A DNA stretch of 64,000 nt from Rebecca billardiae RCC1528 (GCA_965240325.2 OZ251224.1:3162001-3226000); one strand, 5' to 3'; shown: positions 52,637 to 64,000, counted from the first letter of the stretch. Notes: generated by a model not told the origin, from the sequence alone. Made by a program: numbers and translations.

Positions 52637-53812
52637 TTAATGAGCATCGCTGACGACGACATTGGATGCCGGATCCGAGGGACGGAGGGACGAGACGAGC
52701 TCTGCCCAAAGCTCCGGTGACTCGGTCGCCAGCGCGGGGACTTTGGCGTTCGCGAGCACGGCGGAAGGCTCCTTGCGTGCCAACTTGAAGAGAGCATCCT
52801 TGAGGCGTTTCATCGCATCGTGGGCGGAGGCTAAGACGAGGAGGGTCTTGAACATCGCTGGCGACACTGTCTCCGCACCCAGCTCGAAGCAGTGCACGGC
52901 AAGGTCGGGCAGCAAGAAGTTGGACGCGGCGACGAGCACGTCTGTCGTGTACTCGCCGAGATCATCGGCGCTCGGCAGCGAGCCGGTGTACACATGGTCC
53001 TTGACGTGCTGCATGACGTGCGAGCTCGTCGCCACAGGTACGACATCGCGGAGTACCCCAGGGAGAAGACGCGAGAACACCCCGGAGAAGTAGGGCGACT
53101 TGGCAGCGCATATCGCCTTGTGCGCGGGGAACTCGACATTGTCCGTGCACTCGAAAACAACATCTGCATGGCTCGAATCGTGCAGCAGCGTGTGAAACGG
53201 GGCCAGCGCGTCGACGCGCAGAGCTTTGCCAGGCCCGCAGTCCACACGACGCTTCTTGTTCTTCACGTCCTCGTCGTTGGTAGCCCTTGCGTGGCTGACA
53301 CGAATGGCCACGATCTTCGACTGCAGCTTTGCGGCCGCGGGGTGATGACGCCAGCCCATGCGGTAGCGCAAGCAATACGCCACATCGTAGGCATCGACCG
53401 ATTCCATGTCGACGATCGCCCCCTTCAGCTCGACCCGGAGGCTAGCCTTCTGCGTCGTGTGCGCGCCGTTCGCAAGAAGAGCGTCGATGATCTCCAAAGA
53501 ACTCTCCACCGCCAGCGCGCCTGCGTCATCAGTGTCGGCGTCGACGAGAGTCATGGCCTTGAAAGCCGAGGACACGGCAATGTGCATCGGCGTTGTGTCA
53601 AAATCCAGCATAACGCTGCGCTCACGCCCATACGTGTCGTATTCTTTCTTCGCAGCGCAACTCAGTCCTGCGATGCCGTCCATCTTCGACGTGATTCGGA
53701 TTTGACTGTTGGGATCCGCGCCGTGCTTTAGCAGCGCGGAAACCTCTGCGGGGTCGTTCGCGCTGATCGCGTAGAGCAGCCCGCTGGACCAATTGAGCGC
53801 GGCGGAAGGCAT
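52637..53812 (-). CDS. Ankyrin-like + BTB/POZ protein, paralogue 2
   Basis: Colinear with paralogue 1; ADVVFEC...FPAHKAICAAKSPYF. Confidence 0.85.
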   Translation of the reverse strand: MPSAALNWSSGLLYAISANDPAEVSALLKHGADPNSQIRITSKMDGIAGLSCAAKKEYDTYGRERSVMLDFDTTPMHIAVSSAFKAMTLVDADTDDAGALAVESSLEIIDALLANGAHTTQKASLRVELKGAIVDMESVDAYDVAYCLRYRMGWRHHPAAAKLQSKIVAIRVSHARATNDEDVKNKKRRVDCGPGKALRVDALAPFHTLLHDSSHADVVFECTDNVEFPAHKAICAAKSPYFSGVFSRLLPGVLRDVVPVATSSHVMQHVKDHVYTGSLPSADDLGEYTTDVLVAASNFLLPDLAVHCFELGAETVSPAMFKTLLVLASAHDAMKRLKDALFKLARKEPSAVLANAKVPALATESPELWAELVSSLRPSDPASNVVVSDAH

Positions 53813-54029
53813 CGTCGGCGAGCTGAGGCGCGTGCGGTGCGTGGGAGACCGGTGGGGAGGCGAGCCGCGCGCGGTGGGCGACCAGTGCGCTCGCTGTGCA
53901 CGCCTGGCGGCGCTTGTTTAGCGGCAAGGCCAACCGCCGTTCTTCATCGCGATTCCGGTGATGTGAGTGACCGAACGCGTGCGGGCCCGGACATCATCGA
54001 CGACGGCCACCTGCACGGCCGCCCGGCTC

Positions 54030-55004
54030 ATGGCGGCCCCCACCCGCCTCGATGCCGATGCCATGATGCTTGTGCTGGAGCACCTCACCCCTCGCGAGCT
54101 TTGCCGGCTCCGCTCGGTGGGCCGCTTCATGTGCACCTCCGTCGACGCCGTCGCCGAGCGCATGAGCACCAGGTGGCGAGCCCAGGGCTTCGTGTGGCCG
54201 AGTTTGATCGTGCCGGGCAGCGGCCTCGGCTTGCTCCTCCTCGAGTACCTGCGCACGTGCTCGGCGCAGCTGCGCACGTCCGACCCCTCGCGGCAGGCGC
54301 TGGCCATCTTTCGTGGTCGTGTGTACCTGCAGAGCAAGAGCCACTCGCTGTGCTGCCCGTCTGCCGAGTGCCTCGTTCCAATCAGCAGCTGGCGGCCGTC
54401 CCTGCTGCACGTGCTGCCACCGGAGATCACGGCCGGACTGGCAGAGACGACGCGGCGGCTCGTGCCGACGGCGCCCGTCGCCCTGTTACGCGCATGGCGT
54501 ATCGGCACGCACGGATCCATCGAGCCATCGACCCATGCGTTCCGAGCGTACGCGGGAGCCCTGGATGCAGCTCAGGCCGGGCGCGGCGCATACGCGACGG
54601 ACGGGACCGTCGGGCGCAACGAGATCCGGTGCGCCGTCGTGCAGCGCGGGGCGGGCCAGCCATCTCTGTACGTGCTCACCGAATCGCAGGCGCAAGGCGC
54701 GCTGGCAGCTGCGTTCCCCAACGCGTCGACCCGCGGGCGGCTGCTGGAGCAGCTACCCTACCGAGCGGATGAGTGCGAGGACGGAGGCGCACTCTGGGTT
54801 GCGATGAGTCTGGCCGCCGAGGACGAGGACAACGACGCCACGCCACCTGGACAGGGCACGGAAGCAGATGCCAGGCGTGTGCGCGACGCACTGCTGGCCC
54901 TCGTCCGAGGCAGCGCAGCGCGCGCTGAACGTCGATACGAACGCAGCACCAACTTCCGCAAGTGCTTCGACTCGTGGAGCTTCGGTGGCGAAGCAGGGCT
55001 CTGA
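54030..55004 (+). CDS. F-box protein
   Basis: N-terminal LDADAMMLVLEHLTPRELCRLRSVGRFM fits the F-box pattern. Confidence 0.65.
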   Translation: MAAPTRLDADAMMLVLEHLTPRELCRLRSVGRFMCTSVDAVAERMSTRWRAQGFVWPSLIVPGSGLGLLLLEYLRTCSAQLRTSDPSRQALAIFRGRVYLQSKSHSLCCPSAECLVPISSWRPSLLHVLPPEITAGLAETTRRLVPTAPVALLRAWRIGTHGSIEPSTHAFRAYAGALDAAQAGRGAYATDGTVGRNEIRCAVVQRGAGQPSLYVLTESQAQGALAAAFPNASTRGRLLEQLPYRADECEDGGALWVAMSLAAEDEDNDATPPGQGTEADARRVRDALLALVRGSAARAERRYERSTNFRKCFDSWSFGGEAGL

Positions 55005-55365
55005 CTCTGCTATCGACTGCGCTAAGCCTAAGTCTGATGATTCAGATGAAGGACATGCAAGCTTTCTCGTCAGCGTCTGATGAGCAGACTACGATACTGA
55101 TGACGATTATGCTGACGACTCTAAGCTACACTACAGTACGTGTTGCCATAGCGCGCTCAGCGCAGCGCGCCTCGTCAACGGTGCGTACTGTATACTTGTT
55201 ACTAGCAGCGGCTGCAGCGCGCTGTCATCAGCGTGCCGCGTGGGTGGGGGCGGCCACACCGGCGGCCCTCCGAGCCCGCATATTGTCTGCAGCTCATGAT
55301 GAGCCGCTGAGGCTCGTGCTGAGGCCGAGGCTGCGCCGCGCGGAGCTCCTGGACGGCTTGCACGA

Positions 55366-56427
55366 TCAGCGGCCGAGCTGCTTGCACAGCCGCATGCTGT
55401 CGCTCATGTACCCGCCGCCGAAGAGGTTGTAGTGGTTGAGCTTGTGGTAGAGCTCGTACAGCGCGCGCCGCTCGCCAAAGCCCTCGTCCTCGGGGATCAG
55501 CTCGCGGTACCCCCTCCAGAAGGCGGGCCCGAGCGAGGCGCACCAGCTCATCCCCCACTCGGCCTCGTGGTGGCCGTAGTACGTCGCCGGGTCGAAGATC
55601 ACCGGCTCGCTCATCGCGCTCGCCGCCATGTTGCCGCTCCACAGGTCGCCGTGCAGCGTGCTCGGCTTGATCTCGCCTGCGCCGGCAAACAGGCTGCGCA
55701 GGCCGTCGGTCCGCTTGAGCGCGGCGTCCCACTCGCGCGTGAGCTCGCTCGAGCCGGCGAGGCCCACCTGGTACCCGATCCGGTGCTCGCGGAAGAACTC
55801 GACCCAGTCGGAGGTCCACGGGTTCTTCTGCGGCGTGCCGCCGATCGTGTTGTCGACCGGGAATCCGAACTTCCCCTCGTCGCGCGCCTCGGGCGCGAGC
55901 GGAGGCGCGAGGTGCATGCGCGCCATCTGCCGGCCGAGCTCGGTGGGGTCGGCCGAGCCGCGCAGGTCGAGGTACTCCATGATCATGAAGCTGCCGCCGC
56001 TCGGCGCGTCGCCATAGTGCTCGACCGCCGGCACGCGGATCGTCTTGGTCGCGTGCATCGCCTGCAGGCCGAGCGCCTCGCCCTCGAACATCTCCTTGGC
56101 CGAGCGCCCGGCGGTCTTGACGAAGAGCTTGACGTCGGAGCCGTCCGGTCGGCGCGCGCTCAGCTGCGAGAACGAGGCCCAGCCGGACGAACCCGAGCCC
56201 TTGGCGTCCTCGACCGTGTACCCGTTCTCGAGCAGCCAGTCGGTGGCTGCGGACATGGATACAGCCGCAGCGGGGACCGCGCTCGAGCGCAGGCGGACGC
56301 CCCTCGTCCCGGGGCTGCGCGCGGCGAGGCGGATGCCGCTCGTCCCGGGCCTGTGCGCGGCGAGGCGGAGGCCGCTCGTCCACGGCGCGACGAGCGCGAG
56401 GAGCGCGACGCGCAGCGCGCTCCGCAT
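55366..56427 (-). CDS. FN3K: Fructosamine/ketosamine-3-kinase family protein with bipartite targeting leader
   Basis: LFVK, MFEGEALGL, FGFPVDNTIGGTPQ, LHGDLWSGN, IFDPATYYGHHE, LNHYNLFGGGY. Confidence 0.93.
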   Translation of the reverse strand: MRSALRVALLALVAPWTSGLRLAAHRPGTSGIRLAARSPGTRGVRLRSSAVPAAAVSMSAATDWLLENGYTVEDAKGSGSSGWASFSQLSARRPDGSDVKLFVKTAGRSAKEMFEGEALGLQAMHATKTIRVPAVEHYGDAPSGGSFMIMEYLDLRGSADPTELGRQMARMHLAPPLAPEARDEGKFGFPVDNTIGGTPQKNPWTSDWVEFFREHRIGYQVGLAGSSELTREWDAALKRTDGLRSLFAGAGEIKPSTLHGDLWSGNMAASAMSEPVIFDPATYYGHHEAEWGMSWCASLGPAFWRGYRELIPEDEGFGERRALYELYHKLNHYNLFGGGYMSDSMRLCKQLGR

Positions 56428-56582
56428 ACCGGAGAGCCGACGCCGCCCAAGATCGAGATGCCTGCCGGTGGGACGTGAGTCCGGCGTTCATTCGGCCCAG
56501 GACCAGCCAGGTCCGGTGGTCCTGCTGAGCCAGCGACTGCCGCCATTTTGAAACAGCGTTCTCGACGCGAGTCGTCGGTACG

Positions 56583-59500
56583 ATGTCGCTGGGCGCCGCG
56601 CGGCGCTGGGCGGACACCTCGGGCGTGCGGCTGCAGCCGGCGGCGGCGTCGGGCGCGCGCGACGCGCGCGCCGACGCGGCCCAGCGCTGGGCGGGCACGT
56701 CGGGCGTCGACCTGCGCCAGCGCTCGACGCCCGGCGTGGACGGGCGAGCCGCGCCGCCGGAGCGGCCGGCGCAGGGCCAGCCGTCGGGGACCGGCCTGCG
56801 CGGCGCGGCCGCTGAGCGCTGGGCGCAGAGCTCTGGCATCCAGCTCCGCCGCGGCGGCACGCCGTCCCAGCGTCGAGGCACGCCGTCCACCGGCGGCCGC
56901 GCGCTCGAAGGCGGAGGCGCGGCCGCGCCGCGGCCGCCGCCGCAGACTGAGGAGGAGGCGGAGCGCGCGCGGCAGGAGTGGATCCGTTACTACGTGGTGA
57001 GCGAGCGGTTCGACGAGGCGGTGAAGCTCGGGTGGCAGCACGACGTCGCGGCCAAGCGCATCGCGCGCTACCTCGTCAAGGCGTTCCGCCAGCGCCAGCG
57101 CCAGCGCGCGCTGCAGGGCGGCGGCGGCGGCGGCGGCGGCCGGCGTGGCGGCGGCGGCGGCGGCGGCGGGCGCGGCGGCGGCGGCGGCCTCGACGTGTCG
57201 GCGGCCGACCCGGGCGTGAGCGCGCGGCTGATCGAGGGCGCGCGGCTGTCGCAGACCAAGCTCAGCGCCGCGGACGACGCGCGCGCCTCGCTCGACGGCG
57301 CGCCCGACGTGCACGGCCGACTCGCCGCCGTCGAGGCTACGTACCTTGAGGCTGTGGAGGCGCTGCGCGCCGAGCTGGCGGACCGCGAGCTCGCGCTGGC
57401 GGAGACGCAGCGCGCCGCGCTGCGCGCGCGGCAGGAGCACGACGCCCTCGCGCTGCGCATGCGCGAGGAGCTCGACGACGCGCTGGAGCGCGTCGAGGCG
57501 AACGCTCGCGAGTCGGCCGCCGCGCAGGCGCGCACCGACGCGGTGGCAGACTCGCTTCGCGAGCAGGTGGCGCACGCCAAGGCGGAGGGCGCGGAGAAGG
57601 CGCGGGCGCTGGAGGGCGCGCTCGGCGAGGCGCGCGCCGACGCCGACGCGCTGCGCGCCCGCGTCGAGAAGGCCGAGAGCACCGCGCTCGACTTCGAGCA
57701 CGCCGCGCGCGAGGTGTTCGATCGCTCGGACGCGTCGGCGGCCGACGCGCGCCGCCGCCTCAGCATCGCCCTGGAGGCGCTCGAGGCGGAGCGGCGCGAG
57801 CGCGCGCACGAGTCGGGCGCGCTGCGCGCGCAGCTGCAGGCGCAGAGCAAGGCCGCGATGCGCGCGGCGCACGCCGCCGAGGCCGAGCGCGAGGGCCGCG
57901 ACGAGGCCGAGCGCGCGCGCGCCGAGTCGGAGTTTGCGACGACAGACGCTGCCGCGTCGCTGGATCGTTTTTATGCGGCGCTCTCGGAGGCGCACGAGCG
58001 GATCGAGCAGATGCAGGCGCAGCGCGCGAGCTCGGGCGCGGCGCTGCTCTCGGAGGTGGAGAGCCTCGAGCGCGAGGTCGCCGCCATCGGCCGGCGCGAG
58101 CGCGAGGCGCGGCAGGCCGCCGACGCGATCCGACACCAGGCGGCGCGCGACGTCGCGCAGCTCCGTCGCGAGAAGGCGGAGACTGAGCAAGCGCTGCTCG
58201 TTGCGACGGAGCGCGCGCGGAAGGGGCGCGACTCGGTGCAGGCGGGCGCGTCCGACGCGATCGAGCGGCGCGAGGTCGAGTGCTCGCGCCGCGAGGCCGA
58301 CGCGTACGCCCGCCTCGACGAGCTCCGCCGAGATCTCGAGGACGCGCGCGCGCTGCTGCGCGCGCGCGAAGCGGAATTGGCGGTTCGCGAGCGCGAGGCG
58401 ACGAGTGGCGTGCGAGCGCTGCGCGCGGAGCTGGGGGACGCGCTCGCGCTCGCGGCGCGGCGGGAGGAGGATCTGAAGGCGAACGCCGCCGCGGCGGACG
58501 AGCGCGAGGCCATCGCGCTGCAGCGCGCCGCGGACGCAAGCGCGGGCATGCGGCTCGCGCAGCGCGCGGCCGCGGAGGCGGAGGCGCGCGCGGACGGCGC
58601 CGAGCGCGCGCTCCGCAGCTCGGAGAGCGAGCAGCGCGGCGTGCTCGCGGCGCTCCGCGCGCAGGTGGACGAGCTGAGCGAGGCGCACGACCGGCGCTCG
58701 GGCGTGCACAAGAGCGTGAGCGCGCAGGTCGCCGCGCTGCGCGACGACCTCGCCGACGCGCGCGCGGCCGCGGCCATCGCTGACGATCGCGCCGCCGCGG
58801 CCGGCGCGGACGCGCGCGCCGCCGCGGCCGGCGCGGAGTCGGTGCGCGAGGGGGAGAGCGCGCGGCTGCGCGCCGAGCTGGCCGACGCGCGCGCCGCGGT
58901 GGCCGAGCGCTCCTCCTCCGCGCACGCGCGCGCGCCGGACGCGGGCGAGCTCGAGCGCCTGCGCGCCGAGCTCGCAGAGGCGCGCTCCGCGGCGGCGGAG
59001 GCGCGCTCGGCCGCCGCGCATGCGCAGCACGCGGTCACGCACAGCACCGATGCTGTCGAGCTCGAGCGGCTGCGCGCCGAGCTGGACGAGGCGCGCTCCG
59101 CGGCGGCGGAGGCGCAGCGCGCGGTCGCGGCGAAGCAGCAGGCGGAGGAGCTCGCCTCCTCCGCGCAGGCCTCGCTCCTCAAGCTCGCAGAGCAAGTCGC
59201 CGAACTTGAGGCTCACTCGGCGACGCAGCGCGAGCGTCGCGCGCGCGCGGAGGCGGAGTTGGAGGCGGAGCGGGCGCGCGCGCGCGGCGCGGAGACGGAT
59301 GCGGCTGCGGGCGCGGCGGCGCGCGCGCGCGGCGCGCCGATGAGCGCCGCGGGGCTCGGCGGCGCGCGGAGCATCACCGGCCGCGCGCCGTCTGACGACG
59401 ACGACGGCACCGCAGGCGAGCAACGAGTGCGTGCGGACGCGGCGGCCGGCGGCGGCGGCGGCACGCGGCCGTGGCAGCTGCAAGGCGGCGCCGGCGCCGC

Positions 59501-59626
59501 GCTGCGCACGCCGCCCACCGCGCAGGCGGACGGGCTGCGCGCGGCGGACGGCGGCGGCGGCGGCGGCGGCGCGGCGGCGGCCTTCAGCCAGCACGATGCG
59601 CACACCCTCGCGCGTGCCGCCGCCGC

Positions 59627-59670
<44 letters not shown>

Positions 59671-61601
59671 CTTACCATGCTGCGTGGCCAAGCGCGCTGC
59701 AAGCGGGCCTGGAAGGCGTGAGCGCGCTCGCGGAGCGGCTCGGCCGCGCGCAGCACGCGCTGCTGAGCGCGCTCGCCGCCGCCGACGACGGCGACGGCCG
59801 CAGCGGCGTGGTCGCGCGCCCGCCCGCCGCGCGTGCCGCGCACGTGCCACCGGCTGGCACGGTGCGCGCCGCCGGAGCGCGCGGCGGCGTCGCTGCGCGG
59901 ATCCGAGCCGAGGCGCAGGAGGTGCGCGAGCTGGCGAGCGAGATTGTGCGCGCCGACTTGCCCGCGCTCCGGGCCTCCGTCTTCGAGCGGCGCACGGGCC
60001 GACCCGTCCGGCCCACCGCGTCGGCGGTCGAGGCGGCGGTGTCGGCGGCGCGTGACTTGTCAGCAGTCATCACGCTCGTCGCAACGGCGCACGCTGAGAT
60101 TGTCGGGGCGTGCGAGCGCGTCGGACCGGCGCTGTCCGACAGCTCGCACGCGGCGGCGCGCGAGGCGGAGCGCGCGGCGCGCGCGCTGCAGCGCGCGCTG
60201 CTCTCCCACGCGTCCGCCGAGCTGCAGCGCGCGCAGAGCGCCGCGCCGGCGGCCGACGGCGGCGGCGGCGGCCCGGGCTCGCAGCCGGAGCCGACCGCCG
60301 CAGACGCGAGCAGCGCGCGTGTGTGGCTGGCCCTGCTCTCAGCCCTCGCGTTCTCGCCGGCGGCGGCTGTCGCGCCGCCGGCCGCGGGCGGCGCGGCGCA
60401 GCCGCCGCCGCCCGCGGCCGTGGTGGCCGCCGGCGCGGAACTCAGCGCGGCCGAGGCCCGGCTCAGCGCGGAGCTGCGCTCCGTGCGCGCGTGTGCAGAG
60501 GACCTAGTACGAGCGGTCGCGAGCGCGCAGCCGCAGCCGGCCGATGGGGCGGCGGCGGAGAGGGCGGAGACGTCGGCGCCGACGGCCGAGGGTAGGTTGG
60601 AGGCGGAGGCGGCGCCCGCGGCGGAGCCGGCAGAGGCAGGCGGCGCCGGCGCGCGGAAGGAGCAGCAGCCATCGCTCGCGGCGCGCGTCTTTGGCGGCGG
60701 CAAGTCGCGCCGCGCGAGTGGAGGGCGCGCGCGCGCGCCGGCCGCCAAGCCGCCCGCGCCCACGCAGGGCGCGCTGCCGCGTGGAAGCGCGGACACGGCA
60801 GTCGGCGGCGGTGCGGACGCGGCCGCGCGCGCCGCCGAAGTCGCGGCGCTGCGGCGGTGCGAGGACCTGGCGCTCGCGCTTCTCACCGAGCGGCTTCCGG
60901 CGCTGGAGGGCGCGCTCGAGGCGACGGCCTCTGCACGCGCGGCGCGCGGCGCAGGCGCCGACGATGGGGGCGCGGGCGCGAGCACGGCGCAGCCACCGGC
61001 GCCGGACCCGGCCGACGCTGCGCACGCGCTCGCGCTTCTGACTGCCCTTGCACAGCCGCAGCCGCCGCCGCCGCCACCGCCGCCGCCACTGGCTGGATCG
61101 AGCGGCGGTGTGCCGGGCGGTGGCGCGCACGGCGGCGGCGGTGCCGTCGCGCGAGCGCCGCCGCAGGATGAGAGTTGCGCGTCGTCGCACACCTCCGCCG
61201 TGCAAAGCGGCTATCGCGGCGGCTGCGCGCGCCCGCCGCTCTCGGCAGCCGCCAAGCCCGGCCCGATCGGTGTCGGCACCGCGACCGCGAGCGCTGGCAT
61301 CGGCCGCTCCGCGGACGAGCTCAACGCGCTGGCAGAGCGCGCGGCGCGCATCGGCAACTCGATGGCATTGCTGTCGATCGCCGAGCTGGGCAGGCAGCGC
61401 CAGCAGGCTGGCGGCGCGTCCTCCGCCGCTCGGATCGCGCGCGCGTCACCGCGCCCCGACGAGCTCGACTCGGACATGGACGGCGCCCTCAGTGCCGCGC
61501 CGCGCCGAAGCACGGTGCCGCTGTCGGCGGGGTTGTCGTCGGCGTCGGGGCATCATCACTACGGTAGCGCCCGGGCCTCGAGTCCGTACTACCGCCACTG
61601 A
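56583..61601 (+). CDS. 1672-aa coiled-coil protein with polyG/polyQ/polyP tracts
   Basis: Uninterrupted 5-kb ORF with A/E/R heptads. Confidence 0.75.
59628..59669 (+). repeat. (CAG)14 coding polyQ
   Basis: Counted directly. Confidence 0.95.
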
Positions 61602-61771
61602 TGAGTGATTAGACGATGCGGATCGACCATGCGGGCACGTGGTGATAACGACCGAAGTAGGCGCTCGTGGTAGCTTATACCAGTCTGCATCATGATCAGG
61701 CCACGTAGCCGGCGCGGTCAATGTGGACTGTGGTGCGCGCATGGCCCGGTACTAACTAGTAACTACTATGC

Positions 61772-61968
61772 GGTCACGACTCACGGCATGTGCCATGTGT
61801 AGTGTCTACTGCCTGGTCTGCTAAAGGAATGCCGCACCGTACCGCATAACGAGCGCTCAGGAGCGTGTGCCGAGCGTGCCAGCCACGCCGAGATGGGGTG
61901 CCACTTCGCCGGGGAAGTGCGGGATGAAGTTCCATCCCGGCTGAATTAGTTCCACCGAGCGCTCCATA
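61772..61968 (-). mobile_element. Decayed partial second copy of the 28348-28956 TIR element
   Basis: Reverse complement aligns with 28348-28510; ends AGTTCCACCGAGCGCTCCATA. Confidence 0.7.
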
Positions 61969-62493
61969 GACCATACTCGGCTGACCTTGCTCCCGCATGC
62001 CGCCGCCGTTGTGATGACGAGTTCGTGGCATGACACGAATAACGATGAGTCGTATTACGACTACCCTACTCGAACGTGCTACTGACGGATGAGTATTGTT
62101 GCGCAATATGTACGTGCGCTAAAATTGGAACGGGCGATGGTACTGGTCGGTGAGCATCGTGCACATCAGTATCGCCTGATTTGCCTCATTCGATGAAGCA
62201 ATTCTCGACCGGTCGTAACTTCACTATGTACCACCGCCATACAGTATCGCGACATTACTGTTAACCAAGTGTGCACGTTAAATCATAGTAAACTGTACCC
62301 ATCATCTCAGGATGGATCACAGCCCGCGGAACATACGTGAAATTGGCCAAATTGCGCTTTAACGTCGCATCGTCGTCGCGCCAGCTTGATTAAGAATTAA
62401 TTCAGTGTGGCCCGCCCGGCAAGAGCCTCGACTCTTCGACTAGTTCGAGGAAGAGGCGTGCCGCCGTGCCAACATCGCGCACAAGCTCAGTGA

Positions 62494-64000
62494 ATGGAGG
62501 ACGCTAGCGTGGCGATGGAGCTTCTCCAAGCTGAATCGGCGCGGGGCGACGCCCGTGCGACATTCCAGCTCGCCGAGCGCTTTGCTGCGGGCGACGGAGT
62601 TGCACAGGACCTCGTCGAGGCAGTTCGGCTGTACCTCGACGCTGCCGAGAGCGGGCTGGCCGACGCGCAGGCCAAACTGGGCGACATCTACATGGAAGGG
62701 CCTTATGGGAGAGCGCCTGAACGGGAGGCGGCCGCGCGCTGGTACCAACTGGCGGCCGAGCAGGGCCATGCAGACGCGCAGTGCAAGATGGGACGATGCT
62801 TCCGTGCGGGGACGGGTGTTGTGCAGGACGCGTGCAAGGCGACGCACTGGTTCAGGCTTGCGGCGGAGCAGGACCACTCTCGCGCGCAGAGCGAGCTCGG
62901 CGCGTGCTACGGACTCGGCGAGGGGGTGACGCAGGACTGGGGCGAGTCTGTACGCTGGGTACGCCGCGCGGCTGAGCAGGGCTACAGTGTTGCGCAAGCG
63001 AATCTTGGTGGTTGCTACTCCGACGGCAAGGGCGTGCAGCGGGATGTTGCAGAGGCTGCGCGCTGGTGGCGGCTGGCAGCCGAGCAGGGCAATGCAATCG
63101 CGCAGTTCAACATGGGCGTCTGCTATTACCAAGGCATGGGCGTATTGCAGGATGTGCGCGAGGCGGCGCGCTGGTACCGATTGGCCGCCGACCAGGATCT
63201 GGCGGATGCGCAGTGGCGGCTCGGGGACATCACATTCAGAGGTGCTGAGGGCCTGCCCTCGAATGACACAGAAGCGGCGAGCTGGTACCTCCGGGCAGCC
63301 GTGCAAGGCCACGCTTCCGCGCAGTACAGCCTGGGCTATTGCTGCTTAATCGGCGTGGGGGTGCAGCAAGACATGGCAGAGGGCGCGCGTTGCATCCGGC
63401 TGGCGGCCGAGCAGGGCATCGCAGAAGCGCAGTGCGAGCTGGGAGTCTGCTTCCAACACGGGAGGGGCGTGACGAAGGATGATGCCGAGGCGGTGCGCTG
63501 GTTCCGGCCAGCTGCCGAGCAGGGCCACGCCCGAGCGCAGCTCCTTCTCGGCATCCGCTTCCATACGGGTGTGGGAGTGCCTAAGGACATGGCCGAGGCC
63601 CTGCGCTGGTGTCGACTGGCAGCCGATGCGGACGACGACCACGCTTCTGCATCTGCTGCGCAATTCGTCATCGGCGCATGCTACTCCCGAGGCGATGGCG
63701 TGCCACATGACCAGGGCGAGGCGGCGCGCTGGTATCGACTGGCAGCCGCGCAGGGCAACGGCATGGCGCAGGCCGACCTGGGCGCGTGCTACGCGCAAGG
63801 GCGAGGCGTGCCGCAGGATCGATCGGAGGCGGTGCGATTGTATCGCCTTGCTGCAGCACAGGGCGTTCCCGATGCGCAATTCAATCTGGGCTTGAGCTTC
63901 GAGTGGGGCAGAGGCCTCCCGCAGGATTGGAGCGAGGCAGTGCGCTGGTATCGGCTTGCAGCAGCGAACCGCCACGCGTCGGCACAGCTCAATCTCGGCC
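62494..64000 (+). CDS. Sel1-repeat protein, 3' partial (~14 repeats; missing from the ORF track because it has no stop)
   Basis: MEDASVAMELLQ... then repeated AQxxLGxCYxxGxGVxQDxxEAxRWYRLAAEQG units; frame open to the window end. Confidence 0.92.
   Translation, partial: MEDASVAMELLQAESARGDARATFQLAERFAAGDGVAQDLVEAVRLYLDAAESGLADAQAKLGDIYMEGPYGRAPEREAAARWYQLAAEQGHADAQCKMGRCFRAGTGVVQDACKATHWFRLAAEQDHSRAQSELGACYGLGEGVTQDWGESVRWVRRAAEQGYSVAQANLGGCYSDGKGVQRDVAEAARWWRLAAEQGNAIAQFNMGVCYYQGMGVLQDVREAARWYRLAADQDLADAQWRLGDITFRGAEGLPSNDTEAASWYLRAAVQGHASAQYSLGYCCLIGVGVQQDMAEGARCIRLAAEQGIAEAQCELGVCFQHGRGVTKDDAEAVRWFRPAAEQGHARAQLLLGIRFHTGVGVPKDMAEALRWCRLAADADDDHASASAAQFVIGACYSRGDGVPHDQGEAARWYRLAAAQGNGMAQADLGACYAQGRGVPQDRSEAVRLYRLAAAQGVPDAQFNLGLSFEWGRGLPQDWSEAVRWYRLAAANRHASAQLNLG

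Noticed and set aside
1-64000. Hundreds of long overlapping R/A/P-rich ORFs (e.g. 56160-59843 minus, 32549-35092 minus, 33955-36081 plus)
   Set aside because: Shadow frames caused by stop-codon scarcity at very high GC; no motifs, and they overlap better-supported genes

Overview
A very GC-rich, gene-dense eukaryotic nuclear window. Short GC-rich spliceosomal introns (GT[GA]CGC...CGCAG) and signal-plus-transit leaders suggest a haptophyte-like alga; this is inference only. About 22 genes or gene copies are supported: a kinase-HECT fusion, TMEM87/GPR107, PFK2/FBPase2, a PA-7TM-TIR/HET receptor-like protein, ZNHIT2, NUF2, a sulfotransferase, a CCCH-Smr protein, a large ARM protein, kinesin-14, an RRM protein, two ankyrin-BTB paralogues, an F-box protein, fructosamine kinase, a 1672-aa coiled-coil protein, a Sel1 protein and several hypotheticals. 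Most other listed ORFs are GC shadow frames. Main points: (1) a predicted 7TM receptor with an outer PA domain and a cytoplasmic TIR/HET-like domain that keeps WCxxE once spliced; (2) three copies of an asymmetric, hairpin-ended mobile element, each with different cargo, one nested in a hAT relic that itself splits a short repeat; (3) a 4.3-kb tandem duplication that puts a tail-less kinesin-14 in frame behind the RRM gene's promoter and ATG, while the full-length copy is frameshifted in a (GC)n run; (4) an intronic H/ACA snoRNA candidate matching the 18S site equivalent to yeast Psi632; (5) a pseudokinase/pseudo-HECT fusion. All calls were made by eye, without searches.
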